Positions 48,893-61,902 are shown, numbered from the stretch's first letter. The stretch is 64,000 nt of DNA from Azolla caroliniana (GCA_043228905.1 JBHGNT010000018.1:16120001-16184000); one strand, 5' to 3'. Numbers and translations: made by a program. Notes: generated from the letters alone by a model not told the origin.

Positions 48893-51087
48893 AAATCTGA
48901 GGATTCGCCTCCGAGACTATCTCGATTCCTTTCATGATTGGCTCGCACTGTTAGGAATTGGACCGATCTTTGGTTGTCAAGACTCTTTATTCGTGCGAAG
49001 GCTGCTCCATTATCGAACACTTTGGTCTCCATCTGAGATGATGTGATATAAGGTTGCCCTAGGATGACAGGATGCGACGCCGATTCTTGTACGAAGAAGT
49101 GTTGATCCATCTCCACATCCCCGATCGTGACTTTGACATTGGGACAAGCTCCGTACAAGTCCTCCGTAGACTTTGTTGCCGCGCGAATCTTCCATCCGTG
49201 GTTTGTATTGATTGGCCATCTTCCCTTTTTGTAGAAGTCGGTTGACATGAGGTTGATCTCCGAGCCGTGGTCGATCAAGGCTACCACGGTCTCTTTCTTC
49301 TCCCCGATCTTCACCGGCGTCTCCGTTGTCGCTCGTGCCCAATGAGGTCGAGTGTAGTGGTTGTCCACCATATCTTCATCGATTTCGTCTCTTGCCATCG
49401 TTATGGCATTCGTTTTTGCTTTTTGCGGCTTCTCTTCTTCCTCGTCCGATTGTTGTCTCTTTCTCTTTACAAGGTCCACGATCGTGTCATGGAACTCCTT
49501 CTTCGTAATGCCAAGCAATTCCCTCAAGGACAAAGTTACGTGGCTATCAAGAACTCGTTCTTCGAGAATCTTCTTTAGGTCCGTCGTCTGTTCTATGTCC
49601 GACCTTAGCTTATAGGTAGGTATAGTCCTTGTCCTCCGAGCGGGGTCTTCGACACCAACCTTCACAAGCCGCACCGTTTCTTCAACTCGTATGCTCGGCT
49701 CCCCTTTTCGGCTTGATTCTCGTTCCTCCGTTTGTAAAGGTCGACTCGTCTCCGCATCGTCCTTCTTTTTCACGTTCCTTGTTTCATGTATTTTAGATGG
49801 GCCTTGCTCTTCTATTCTCTTTCTCTTTTCTTCGACGAACACCTCGTGGTTGTCGCACATCACCTCTGCGAGTATGGTGTTGTCGTCCACCGAATCCGAC
49901 CACCCGGTTATGCTTTGCACGTTTCGGTCCGCAAGCTCTACCTCGTTCGATGTGACTTTTCCCTTCTTCTCATATTCGAGAACGGAAGTCCAAAACTTTG
50001 CTCCCGCTCTAGCAGCTTCAGTCTTGTCTTTCCCGACTCTTATTCCGGCCGACGCAGCATAGTGCATCGCATCCACATGAGTCGCATCGGCATCCTCCAT
50101 AGATTTCTTCATTCCTCCTCTTCCGAAATTCACCCGTAGGGGTCTTCTAGTCTCGCTTGAGCAGATCATGTTGTCCTCTATGTATACGATATTTTGTCGA
50201 ATCGCCTCTCGAAGGCTCGCACAATCCCTTCTCATGTGGTCCATGCTATCGCACCACACGCATCTAAAGGGTTCTTTTCCTTTAGGGCCCCGATGATTCA
50301 TGTTGGCTAGTGTGACCTTCTCGAACTTCTTCGCTAGCTCTTCAATGATGTCGTCATCAATCTTCTTTTCTTCCACGTTACTTTGTCTCAGCGGCTCAGC
50401 TACTTTCGGCGGTCTTACTTTCTCCGTGGTAGTCGGTCCCGTCAAGTCGGTGTCATCAACCCATTGGCGACGCTTGTCGAGCCTATTGCATGCCCGCTTC
50501 ACCGCGATCCAGTCCACTACGAGCCCATTTGCTTGGGTATCATCTTCGAGAAGAGTCCCCAACTCCCGTCTATCCTTTATGTCCACGGCCTTCAAGAAGT
50601 ACAAAGTCTTGTCCTCTTCAAGCAACACTTGGTCCATATTGGGGAGACGACTAAACATCTGGTCGAATTCGTCGTACACCCTCGAGACGCTCATCTTCTT
50701 ATTCTTCTTCTCTATCCACTTCATCAGGGCATGTCGAGTCATCCTCGTTGAGTCTTCTGTCACGAACTCCGCTAGTATCGTTTTCTCGAACTCGGACCAT
50801 GTTGTCTTTCCTTCTTGAAGCTCGATGACGCGTCTTTGGATGTTGTTGGCGACAACTCTCTTGAAGCTCGCGATTTGACGTGCCTCGGACACGTCCCTTT
50901 GATTCATCTCCCTCTTATATGCATCAAGGAACTTCGTAACGTTCCTTCCATCGAATTGGCCCTCGAGCTCTACGACACGATCGACAGCCTTCTCCACGCT
51001 CGCGTCGTTGTCCCGAGATCTCATCATTTGCTCGACGATTAGCATCATCCTTTCGAGCTCTCCCGCTTGGTTGTTTGAGGACGCCAT
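48889..51087 (-). CDS. gag: G6 ORF1: Gag plus aspartic protease
   Basis: Intact ORF with CVWCDSMDHMRRDC knuckle and LIDHGSEINLM protease. Ends in DF* like G1. Confidence 0.92.
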   Translation of the reverse strand: MASSNNQAGELERMMLIVEQMMRSRDNDASVEKAVDRVVELEGQFDGRNVTKFLDAYKREMNQRDVSEARQIASFKRVVANNIQRRVIELQEGKTTWSEFEKTILAEFVTEDSTRMTRHALMKWIEKKNKKMSVSRVYDEFDQMFSRLPNMDQVLLEEDKTLYFLKAVDIKDRRELGTLLEDDTQANGLVVDWIAVKRACNRLDKRRQWVDDTDLTGPTTTEKVRPPKVAEPLRQSNVEEKKIDDDIIEELAKKFEKVTLANMNHRGPKGKEPFRCVWCDSMDHMRRDCASLREAIRQNIVYIEDNMICSSETRRPLRVNFGRGGMKKSMEDADATHVDAMHYAASAGIRVGKDKTEAARAGAKFWTSVLEYEKKGKVTSNEVELADRNVQSITGWSDSVDDNTILAEVMCDNHEVFVEEKRKRIEEQGPSKIHETRNVKKKDDAETSRPLQTEERESSRKGEPSIRVEETVRLVKVGVEDPARRTRTIPTYKLRSDIEQTTDLKKILEERVLDSHVTLSLRELLGITKKEFHDTIVDLVKRKRQQSDEEEEKPQKAKTNAITMARDEIDEDMVDNHYTRPHWARATTETPVKIGEKKETVVALIDHGSEINLMSTDFYKKGRWPINTNHGWKIRAATKSTEDLYGACPNVKVTIGDVEMDQHFFVQESASHPVILGQPYITSSQMETKVFDNGAAFARIKSLDNQRSVQFLTVRANHERNRDSLGGESSDF

Positions 51088-53632
51088 CTCCAAGTATCAA
51101 TCTCGACTTGATCCTTCCTACCGCCTCTTTCACGTCGGGTTCACCACTTAATTATGTCGTGAAGATCCGTCACTACGCGCGGATCGTGAGGCGGAACCGC
51201 CGGGGTTCTGGACCAGAAGGATTTAGAGTCGATACAAGCTTTGGCGAGAAAGTACTTAAGATAGATTGGGAAAGAGAGAAGATGAGATTACACGATTGAT
51301 TTGATAACGAATTTCTTCTTCTTAATTTTCATAAAAAAAACCGTCCTTTTTCTCCTCCCCCTTCCCTCTTTTATAGATGCTCTCATGCATCTGAGGGTAC
51401 AAGACATGCATTAAGTATTACATGTGGTGCATGCTAACCATGTCACTCATTTTAGCTCTCATGTATGAGAATTTACATGTAAAAGTACAATGATAGAATT
51501 ATAATTTCAACTAACTACCATGGCTTAATGGTAAGCCAATTGACTCCTAACTTGGAGGTGCAAGGTTTGAATCCTTACTTGCCCTCCTTGTATATGTAAA
51601 TATGTATATATATTTATATATTTATTTATGACGCCGGTTCGCCGGATACCGGTGCCGGATGCCGGTCCGGTTTTGGTTGGCCAAACCCCTTTACGAGTAG
51701 CTAGCCCACCTCCACTCTTAGTTCAAGTTACCTTGAACTCTCTATGCTCCACACATAGACACAAAGATAATATCTTTTGCTCCACCTTATATATGATGAG
51801 AACTGTATTTGTCGTGCCTATGTGGGATATCTCACAATTTTCTCCTTTCCTTTTACAAACTTTATACCCTCATATCTTGACATTTAGTTGTCCGTTTCTC
51901 ATGTAATAAAGTGCATTCGAAACCTCCATCATTTTGTACTTAGATATTAAATCTATTTAAAATGTTATCTTCACAATTATTGTACTACGTGATTCATACT
52001 CGATTACGTACGTTTTATAGGATTTTCACACTATTGCCGAAAATCTTCATGACAACGCATTGTGGGCAGACCGAACTACGCATAGTTTGGTAACCGGGTT
52101 CATGCTGGCAAAGCTGGTGTATGGGAAGAAGCCGATCATGCCGATGGAGCGGACGATTTCCTCGTGGGCGGTGATAGATTGGAGAGACGAGATGAGCCAG
52201 GAAGAGTTGTTGGTTGCGCGGATTCGACAGCACGAGCGAAGACCGGAGGACGTGCAGCGGGCGAAGGCGAAGTTGCATGCAGCAAGGACGAAGAACAAGG
52301 GCTGGTTCGACCAAACGCACCGGTTGTGACCAAAGAATATCGAAGAAAGCGACTGAGTGTTGGTGTACGATAGTAGGCTCGACAACCAACACAAGGCGAT
52401 GCGGAAGTTCGCGAGGAGGTGGTTCGGGCCCTACGCCAAAACGAGCACAAACGACAACGGCACTTACCATCTCACAGAGCTCGGCGGGACGCAAATAGCG
52501 GTGCCAGTGGCCAGGAAGAGGATCAAGGCCTTCAAGAAGCGACACGAAGGCGAACCGGACCCGGCAAGTGCAGACCACGACAACGATTGGGCCGGAGCAA
52601 ACAGTGATTTGGAGAGCGAAGGGTGAGCACGGGCCGGTCTTCTCCGGCAAAGGATCTGACTTGGCGCATACCGGTGGATGCGCGGTTTGGTGGGGGTGAA
52701 TGTCCTGGAGAAAACCGGCCTTAGGCGGAATCAGTGTAAAAGGTGCATGAACCGGCCCTTACACGCGCGTACAAGTATTGATTAGTTGTACATAATTAGG
52801 AATAGGTCAGCTGATGTAAATATACTAGGTAGTACACATTTATTAACTAGGAAATCGATGTGTATCTCTGTTCGAAGGGACAACGAATAAGGATGATGTA
52901 TTCAGGATATGACGGCCCTCCCCGACGGCCTATAAAAGAGAGGGGAGAAGGCTGAAACAGGTATCACGTTTTGGCGAGGACGGAGTGTTGTCGGATTGGG
53001 GACCGAGCCTTCTCCTCCTCTATCATTGTTCTTTACAGGTTTCTGGGGCGGTTTCCCTTGCTTCGAGGAAAGCCCGAGTGCTTCCGGCAGAGGCTCCATT
53101 GTATGCGTGCAAGTGTGTGTGTGCGTTGGGTCTATTGTCGGCGTGCCAATTAGAATCTCACGGGCGTTGTAACCCTTTATAGTTGGAATTAATTCTCCAG
53201 TTCATTGTCTCTCTGTGTTTCTGCATGTTTTCCCCTTTCACTGTCTGGTGGGTGTGCATCTCTATTCATTCTGTACACGCGGTCGTGATCCATTTGGCTA
53301 GTAAGCGCTGCTTGCCGGAGGCCAGTGTTCGCCAGTTTGGCGCTTATGCTCTCCTCTCTCCTCTTATTTCTTGCACTCCTCGGTCCAAGGCCTCTATGGT
53401 TCCGCCTTAGTTTCATACGCGAGAGCGTAACAACATGACAACGTCAAAGTTTTAAAAACGGCAGTTCTAAAACGTAGAATACGTGTAGAATACATCAGAG
53501 TATTCTAAAATGTACTCTAAACGTAGAATACGCATTTTTTAACAACTATGCTTCCAACAATTCAAAACCAGAGTCAAAAAGGAAATAGGCCGACATATTC
53601 GATGTCTTCGATCGGACGGAGGTAAAGAATAC

Positions 53633-54347
53633 TGATGAAGAGAGAGACAGAAAAGAGATAGAGAAGAGAAAAGGAAGAAAAAAGAATACTTCAATATACC
53701 ATTAAGAAAAGAATACAATACTCTTATACTCCAAGACTAACAACCCCAAATAGGTATTGCAATATGCTATTACTAAAATAATCTTTCCGCCTTCTTCTAC
53801 TAATCGTCTTCTCACTTATTCTAATCTTCTTCTTCTTCCTCCCTTCTTCTTGTAGATCTTCTATTCCGCCTTCCTTGGTAACTATTCTATTCCCCCCTCG
53901 TCTCCCCAATTGCTAAGAATACCCTCATACTTATAGGTTTTTAGTTTCGTTATTCTTACTTTTTCTTTTCTTTTCTTTTACATATCCTCGAGTTTGTGTG
54001 GTGCGTTTTGCATATCATTATTTCTGGTTTGTCATCCAAATTTGTCATACAAGAAAGCTCTCTTTGTCAGCTTTCTTATGAATTTTCTCTTTTGAAATTT
54101 GGATAAGAGATGAAGAAGTTATGAGCTTTTTTCTCTACCTTGCTTTTTCTGCATAATTTCCTGCGATTTTCTTCTTTTTCTTTTTTTCTGCTTTTCCTAC
54201 TTTTGAAAAACGCCTCTAACTGTATTTCTTTTCAATTTCATTTATCTTTTAACCCTTGGACCTTTCATATTGTGCTTTATTCTTCTATACCTTCGCATCC
54301 AATGTATTTGTCACGGTCTTTTCCTATGAGCAAAAATCGACTTCACA
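53633..54347 (-). mobile_element. Solo LTR of unassigned family
   Basis: TGATGAAG...CTTCACA, 5-bp TSD AATAC at 53628-53632 and 54348-54352. Interrupts the CopF integrase. Confidence 0.85.
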
Positions 54348-54425
54348 AATACTTCTCTAAGGCTTTCATGACATAACTCCGCAAAGAAGGAATTTGACGA
54401 GAATATTTGTGTCGACATACACCGC

Positions 54426-54900
54426 TGTCATGGAAATCCGCATGTACATGTCGGATCAAGCGGGACCAGGGGGTCTAGGACTAGGGAATGGAGGAAGAGA
54501 GGCCACTGGGCTTACAATGGTTATCCGGTCTGGTCATCGAAGGCCGGATACTGAGCGGTCGGGCTCGCAAAACCGAATCCTATCCGGTACTAACGATGGT
54601 CTCCAAAATCTAAGCACACCTGCCCTCAAGAACACGATTCCTTGGTCACCACACACCATATACAAATATTGGCGCAAACACGGGGAGACCGAAAACAATG
54701 GACACATAGAGAGAGAGCGAGAAAGACCGGATACATCAAAACCCAATAATCAATCAAAGCAGAGAAAACAGATATAAGGCCGACCTCAGGCCGGATACAG
54801 AGCTTGGAGCTGTCCGAGCACACACACGCACAGTGATGAGACTCTGGTCGAGAGCACACATGCTTCCTACGCGAGCAGAGGCCTCACCAACACCTCACCG
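54426..54900 (-). mobile_element. Truncated Trp-group LTR
   Basis: Begins TGTCATG and carries the group U5 motif (reverse complement CTAGTCCTAGACCCCCTGGTCCCGC). Flank CCGC. Other end missing. Confidence 0.65.
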
Positions 54901-55474
54901 AATACATAGAGTAGATTACATAAAGTTCTTAACATGACATCAAGAATACATAGAGTAGATTACATAGAGTACATAAAGTTCTTAACCCAATCCACTCTGT
55001 TATTGATTTGTCTCAAAATGTTGAAAATTCAACACTTACAACAAGAATCCATTGAATTGCATCAGGTACTAGATGTATAGAGTATAATCTAATGCAATGC
55101 ATTGTGGTTCTAAGTCATGCTTCTTGTTTGTCTTTGTGTTGTGTCTACAACCACATTTAGGATCCGATGCATTGTATCGGATTTTCAATTGGAAACAATT
55201 TGAAAAAATAAAAAATTCTTGGATTTTAAACTAGAATCCAATGCAACACATTCAATTTTTGTTGAAACTTTTATTTTATTTTTTTTACTTTTTTCATTTT
55301 TACCATAAAAAAATTTTTAAAATGGATTTTCAACTAAAATACGATGCACTACATTGTATTTTAGTCTATAGGGCTAGAATCCAATGCAATGCATTGGATT
55401 AAAGTGGAAAATCCATTTTTCTTTTATTTTTTTCAATGATTATTTTTTTGTTTCAAATGTCCAAGTGTTAAATG
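54901..55474. other. AT-rich segment with a local duplication and palindromic AATCCAATGCA/TGCATTGGATT motifs (DNA-transposon-like remnant)
   Basis: Direct duplication at 54901-54986; repeated ATGCA(A)TGCATT motifs. No clear termini. Confidence 0.4.
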
Positions 55475-58400
55475 TGTTAGGAATCGACCGGCCAAAACCG
55501 GTTTCGCGTTCATATTCGTGTGCAGAAACCAAGAATTAGTACACAGTCAAAGACGTAAAGACAAAGAGACGCCGATATTTTACATGGAAAAACCAAAAAT
55601 GGGAAAAAAACACGGGGGTCCAAAAACTCCGAGAAAACACATCACTATAGTAGAGAGGAAGTACAGATACAGAACTCGGAGGCAACGACCTCGAGTTCTC
55701 CTTCGTTTGACAGTCGGTTACAGAGTTACACTCTCACTCTCTCAATCCTAGTTACAGAGGCAACTACCTCGTTCTAACTTTACAATAATGATCACACACA
55801 TACTAAAGTTTGCCCTAGTTGCTTATATACTAGTACAACTTTCGGACTATTTACAAAGTATAGCCCACATGACTTATTTCGACTATTTACAGATATAGTT
55901 CCTCATCAACTCGGCTCTTCTCTCTTCCCATCCGGAGGGACCTATTTCCCAACAAACTCCCCCTTCACTATGGCATGGGGTACTTCACCAGTCCGACCCT
56001 CTATCGGCACGCGTTCAGTTTTGTAGGAAATAGCGGGGAATATTGCTCGGCCACAACCGAGTCTTGAATCACTTTGATGAGAATCAAACGCAAAAATGGG
56101 AAGTGGGGAGTGAACGCACATACACACATAAACAACGATAGAGAACACACGATGTTAACGTGGAAAACCCTAAATGGGAAAAAACCATGGGAGCCCACAG
56201 ACTCCAAACTATCACTATATGAGAAAGGTACAATCAAAGACTCAGAGGCAATGACCTCGAGCTCTATGTCTTCGCCAACCAGAGGTTACAATAGAAAACT
56301 CGTTCTGTGTGTGTGTGTGTCTCTCTCTCACTCACTGTGTACATACTCTATCAACAACCTTCATCACATAAAGTGATTGCCCTAAGTCATATTTATACTT
56401 ATATGGCTTTAGGGCTATTTACAAATATAGCCTCGATGGGCTCACAATGAAACATATTTATACATATGTTTTTCAATGAAACATATTTACACATATGTTC
56501 TTGGATCCGGTTTGCACTGGATCCATCCGAATTCACTCAATCTGGTTTCCGCGTCTCATCTGGAACCCTTCCGGATCCGATTCCTTCATCCGGCTCGTCC
56601 GATTCTCATCCAGATCCCATCCGGAGGGACTGAATTCCCAACAAACTCCCCCTTCACTCCAGCATGGAATTTCTCGTTAATCTGATCCGTCTTCTGCATG
56701 CGTCCAGCTTGTTGTTTGAAAGCACCTTGGTCATCATATTTGATCTGTTCTCCTTCATGTGGATCTTCGTCAACACGTAGTCTTGATCTTCTACCTTCTC
56801 CTGAAGCCAGTGATATCTCCTCTAGATGTGCTTGGTCCGGGAATGGTAGGCCGCATTCTTCGTAAGTTGGATGACACTTTGACTATCGCAGTAGAGCCCG
56901 AATTCCTCCTGACGGATCCCTAGCTCTCCGATGAAGTCCTTCATCCAGATTATCTCCTTGCTAGCCTCCACAGCTGCCATGTACTCCGCTTCCGTTGTCG
57001 ACAATGCAACAGACTTCTGCAGCCTCAACTACCATGATACAGCTCCCCCTACATAAGCCATGACATATCTGGATGTAGATCGGTTGGTATCCCCATCGGC
57101 CAACATAACCGAATCCGTGAATCCGTCAAGTTGGGGTTTACCGGAGCCGAAACGGAGACACATACTCGAGGTGTCTTTCAAGTACCGGAGTATCCACTTG
57201 ACCGCATTCCAGTGCTCTCTTCCCGGATTGCTCATGAACCGGCTAACTACTCCGTAGCATATGCAGTATCCAGCTGGGTGCACACCATTGCATACATTAG
57301 ACTTCCGACGGCAGAGGCATATGGTATCTTCATCATATCCAACTTCTCTGCCTTTGTCTTCAAGCTCTACTTTCCGGAAAACGTGCAATTTTCCGGAAGT
57401 GATGATCCGACCGGTTTCACCTCCGACATGTTGAACCTTTGAAAGCACCTTTGTCACGTACTTTTCTTGTGACAACCACAACAACTTCTCCTCTCGGTCC
57501 CAGATGATGTGCATCCCTAAAATCTATCTTGCCAGACCCAAGTCTTTCATTAAGAAGATCCAGTTTAGGGCCTTCTTCAGCGTTTGTATCTTGACTTGGT
57601 CTCGTCCGACGATCAACATGTCGTCCACGTACAGGAGCAATATCAGGAAATCTCCTCCGTCAAATTTCTTCACAAAAACACAATGATCGGCTCGCATCTT
57701 GTGGTACCCTTGATCCGTCATGAAGGAGTCGAAATTCCGGTACCATTGCTGGGGGGCTTGCTTCAATCCGTACAAGCTCTTCTTCAGCCGGCACACCAGG
57801 TGCTCCTTCCCTTTCTTCTCAAATCCTTCCTGTTGATGCATGTAGATGTCTTTTTCGAGGTTGCCATGTAGGAATGTCGTCTTGATATCCAGTTGCTCTA
57901 CCTCGAGGTCCATGCTTAATGCTATGCTCAATACCGTCCGGATGGATGTCATCTTTACAACCGGTGCAAAGATCTCACAGAAATCCACACCTTTCTTCTG
58001 TTGGAAACCCTTCACTACGATCCGGGCCTTGTACCTCGGTGGATTTCCGGTGTCTCCTGGTTTCAGCTTGTACACCCACTTATTCCGGAGTGCCCTCTTT
58101 CCTTTCGACAACTTCGTCAATTCATATGTGTGGTACTTGTGCAAGGAATCCATCTCGTCTTGCATGGCACTTAACCACTTGCGGTTGTGGGTGTCTTTCT
58201 TTGCTTCTTTGAAGCTTTCCAGCTCCCCCTCATCGGTCAGCAGCACATGTTCTACATCCGGAAATCTCCGGGGGGCCCTTCTCTCTCTGAGAGGATATCT
58301 TCGACCTTGGTTTTCGGCAACTGGTTCCTCCGTTTGTTCCTCATCCTCATCCAATTCGGGATCTTGTCTAGTTCCGGTGTCTTCTTCTTCTTCTTCTCCG

Positions 58401-60400
58401 GTCGGTTCGGTTTCTTGTTCGAATCCGGCCGGTTCATCGAGTGTCATCAAGTTACCGGCTAACATCCATTTTTCAGTCGGGTAAGTCCTTGTGTCCTCAA
58501 ACTGGTTTTCATTTGATGATCCGAAGTTCATCATCTTCTTCTTCGACTCCCAGTCAGCAATGGTCCTGTCTTCCATGAAGACTATGACTCGACTCCGGAA
58601 CACCTTCTTGTCAACCAGATCCCACACCCGGTAACCGAACTCATCATCGTCGTATCCAAGAAATATGCATGGTTGGGTATTCGGATCCAACTTTTCTCTC
58701 TTGTCCTTTGTGACATGCACATATGCAAGACAACCAAACACCTTCAGATGCGGGTAAGATACATCTTTACCGGTCCATACTTTCTGTGCTGAGTCTCTTT
58801 CCAGGGGTGCTGAGGGTAATTTGTTTATCACATAGGTTGGCGTCATCAGCGCCTCAACCCAAAACTTCTTGGGTAACTTGGCATGTGCTAGCATGCTGCA
58901 AACTCTCTCCATTATGGTCCGGTTCATCCATTCAGTCAACCCGTTCAATTCCAGTATCTTCAGCACAGTAAGTTTGACCCGGATTCCCTTCGATCGGCAG
59001 TACTCCTTGAACTGCCCCCGGTATTCTCCTCCGTTATCTACTCGAACTACCTTCAGCTTCCGGCTGGTTTCTTTTTCCACTCTCACGTGAAGCTCCTTGA
59101 AGACAGACAACACCTGACCCTTTGTCTTCAATGGTGAGACCCATAGCTTCCGACTGTGGTCGTCTATGAACGTCACGAAGTACTGTGATCCCGCATGTGA
59201 CTTCGTGACCACTTGACACACATCGGTATGCACCAGCTCCATTGGTGCATTCCGTCTCATCAGTGGTCTAGACCGGAAGGAGGTTCGGATTTGCTTGCCG
59301 ACCAAGCAATCGGTGCACTTCTCAAGGTGCATGTCTTTCACCTCCGGAATGAGGTTGTCTTCGGCAAGTCTTCTCATCCCCTTCTGGCTCATATGACGCA
59401 ACCTCTTGTGCCATAGCTTACCGGCAGTGTCGGATGCTACGTTCACTTCTTCTCGGCATATCCGGGCATGCATCAGATACAGTGTGTTGATCTTCCGGGC
59501 TCGAGCCACAATCAAGCTTCCTTTGCTGAATTTCATGACTCCGTTCCGGATGCTACCCGTGTAGCCTTCATCATCTAGCCAATCGGTTGATATCTGGTTC
59601 ACCCGAACATCCGGAACGTGTCGAACTTCTTTCAGCAGCAATTTGCATCCGGTTGATGTTGTCAACAACACATCTCCTATGCCGAAAATTCGGCATGTAC
59701 CTTCATTCCCCATCCGGACACAACCGTGATCTCTGGCTATGTAGGATGAGAATCATTTCCGGTCCAGCGTTAGGTGGAACGACGCCCCAGAATCGACAAC
59801 CCATGTTGTCTCCTCGCCGACAAAGTTTAACTCATTCTCCTCGGCAATGAGCATTAGTTCTTCTTCACTTGTCGCGATCGCCGACATTCCTTTCTGATCA
59901 GGACCTCTCTAGTCCGAACTCTTTTTCGGGTCGGTGGTGTCGGCCCCTTTCTCTTTCTAGAAATGTTGACAATTCTTCTGGAAGTGCCCCAGCTTCCCAC
60001 AGTAAAAGCAAGTGGGCCTTCCCCTAGACTTCGACCTCGTCCCCGATTTGTCCCAGTTTGGGGACTCCGATACCAGCCTCTTCCCTGGTTATGGTCATCT
60101 TCCGTGACCAAGGCCTTCAGATTGGTTCCGGACTCCCGGTCCTTCCAAAGAGCTTCTTCATCTAATAAGCTTGACTTTACCCTCGCTAGGGACAACTACT
60201 TTCCTTCCGGCCCGGCATTGCCCAAAGTGACAACTAGCGTCTCCCAACTATCTGGGAGGGAGCCCAAGAGGAGCAATGCAAGTACCTCGTCGGCTAGAGG
60301 TACTTCAAGCAAAGTTGTTTGGTTTATGAGCCCCTAAAATGCGTTCATGTGCTCCGCCATGCTGGATCCGTCCTGATACTGGAGCCTCACTAGCGTCCGG

Positions 60401-61902
60401 TGTCGTGATCTTTTCGACACATAGTGTGAAACCACCCTCAAAAGAGAATAAAATAGTGGTCCAAATAAACTAATTTTCTCAAGTCAACTATAGTAATAAA
60501 TGAAAGGATAAAAAGTTAGAAGAGGTTTTCGAAAGTAGACAAAAATAGAGAAAAAGATGGGAAAAGAAAAGTTAGTCGTGGTTATGAGCAGCAAGGTCGA
60601 GTAAAAAGCTCATAATTTCCTTGTCAAATGTCCAACTTAGAAAAGAAAAGATGCATAAGAAAGCTAACCTAAAGAGCTTTCCAGAATATCTTGCATGTAA
60701 AATTTGAGGCTAGAAAACAGAAATAGTGAGGAAAAGATGAGTCGACTCATATAGACAAACTTTTTTTAGGGGAAACAGGCAAGCAATCCTAAACCTATAA
60801 ATAAGAGCCTATTCTAGTGAAGAAGGGGGGGAGGGAGAAGGAACACGGAAGCTCTACTAAATTGGAAAGCGGAAGAAGAAGGATCAACAACATCGAGAGG
60901 CATCATCAACAAAGAAACTCCTTCTATACTCCACTCTCTTCTTTCCTCCACCTCTCTTCCCCCATTCCTTTATACACAATCCTTCATATTCGCATCCAAC
61001 CCATTGTAAAATGATTCTTATATTATAAAAGAATCTATTATATTGATATAAACAAATGTTTTCTTTCATCTACTTGTCTTATGTGTAAATCTTGATTGTG
61101 CTTGTTTGTTATCGTCATTTGTGCTTATTTTTTTGTGTGTCTTGTGACAAGGGAGCGTTTCAGGCTTGCCCATGCACCTCTCCTTTCACAAAGGCATTCA
61201 AACTTACGTGTCTTGCGTGTTAATGTAAATCTTGCTTGTGTGTTCGTGCGGCTTGTGGCAAGGGAGCATTCGGGCTTGCCCATGCACCTCTCCTTTCACA
61301 AAGGCATTCGAAATTGTGTCTCCCATGTGTAAACCTTGCTTGTGTGTTCGTGCGACTTGTGGCAAGGGAGCGTTCGGGCTTGCCCGTGCACCTCTCTTTT
61401 CACAAAGGCATTCAAAACTCTATCTCTCGTGTGTGTAACTAAGGCTTTTCCTTGTGTGTTTGCATGTCTTGTAACAAGGGAGCATTTAGGCTTGCCCATG
61501 CACCTCTCTTTTCACAAAGGCATTCGAAACTCTATCTCTCATGTGTGTAAGTAAGCCTTTTCCTTGTGTGTTCGCGTGTCTTGTAACAAGGGAGCGTTCG
61601 GGCTTGCCCATGCACCTCTCTTTTCACAAAGGCATTCCAAACTCTGTCTCTCATGTGTGTAAGTAAGCATTTTCCTTGTGTGTCCGTGTGTAAGCCTTCC
61701 TCACGTGCATTCGTTCACCTTGTGACTAGGGGTTGATTCGGGCTTGCCCATGCACCGCTCCTTTTCACAAACACATTTGAATACTCGTGCCTTGTTTGTG
61801 TAAGCCTTCCTTGTGTTGTGTATGTGAGCCCTATTTCCTTCCTGTCCATAACCTCGGCGGTTCCACCTCACGATCCGCACATAGTGACGGATTTTCACGA
61901 CA
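60401..61902 (+). mobile_element. 1.5-kb solo LTR (Trp group) in CopH gag
   Basis: TGTCGTGA...TCACGACA, with both ends similar to the G6 LTR. Flanks CCGG and CTAG. TATA near 60796. Confidence 0.88.
61125..61800 (+). repeat. About 110-bp tandem repeat, 6 copies, in the solo LTR
   Basis: Anchor AAGGGAGC at 61149, 61260, 61364, 61476 and 61588, plus a degenerate copy near 61727. Confidence 0.92.

Larger units (their letters stand above)
44341..52054 (-). mobile_element. G6: near-intact Trp-group Ty3/gypsy
   Basis: LTRs 44341-45331 (991 bp) and 51155-52054 (900 bp). TSD ACAC/ACGC. Trp PBS 51129-51146. PPT immediately after 45331. Confidence 0.97.
36846..53440 (+). mobile_element. G5: Trp-group Ty3/gypsy deletion derivative, hosting CopG and G6
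   Basis: 5' LTR 36846-43055 (split by CopG), 3' LTR 52701-53440. TSD ACGT at 36842-36845 and 53441-53444. PBS 43062-43079 with one mismatch. Only RNase H-integrase remain (about 43185-44340 and 52059-52626). Confidence 0.94.
36549..53550. mobile_element. hAT-type MITE (about 400 bp: 36549-36845 plus 53445-53550), split by G5
   Basis: 8-bp TSD CTTCCAAC at 36541-36548 and 53551-53558. TIRs CATTGTTGTAAAA and CATAGTTGTTAAAA. Many TAGAATACG subterminal repeats. Confidence 0.85.
36022..54425 (+). pseudogene. CopF: old copia integrase region in three pieces (36022-36548, 53559-53632, 54353-54425)
   Basis: LHVPTIMKNLV...HKRIGH...EVFTHFQ|QFKTRV...RCLRSDGGKEY|FSKAF...CRHTP reads continuously once the inserts are removed. 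Confidence 0.85.

Noticed and set aside
53632-53655. Hammerhead core CTGATGA...GAAA (also CTGACGA at 34161)
   Set aside because: The first spans a TSD/LTR junction with no stems; the second lacks the GAAA and a clear stem II.
54901-55474. Host gene, intron or promoter
   Set aside because: No ORF or splice structure is supported; it looks like a repeat remnant.
61125-61800. CRISPR-like or other spacer arrays (also 34510-34735 and 37783-37870)
   Set aside because: Whole units are homologous, with no unique spacers and no cas genes, in a eukaryotic LTR context.
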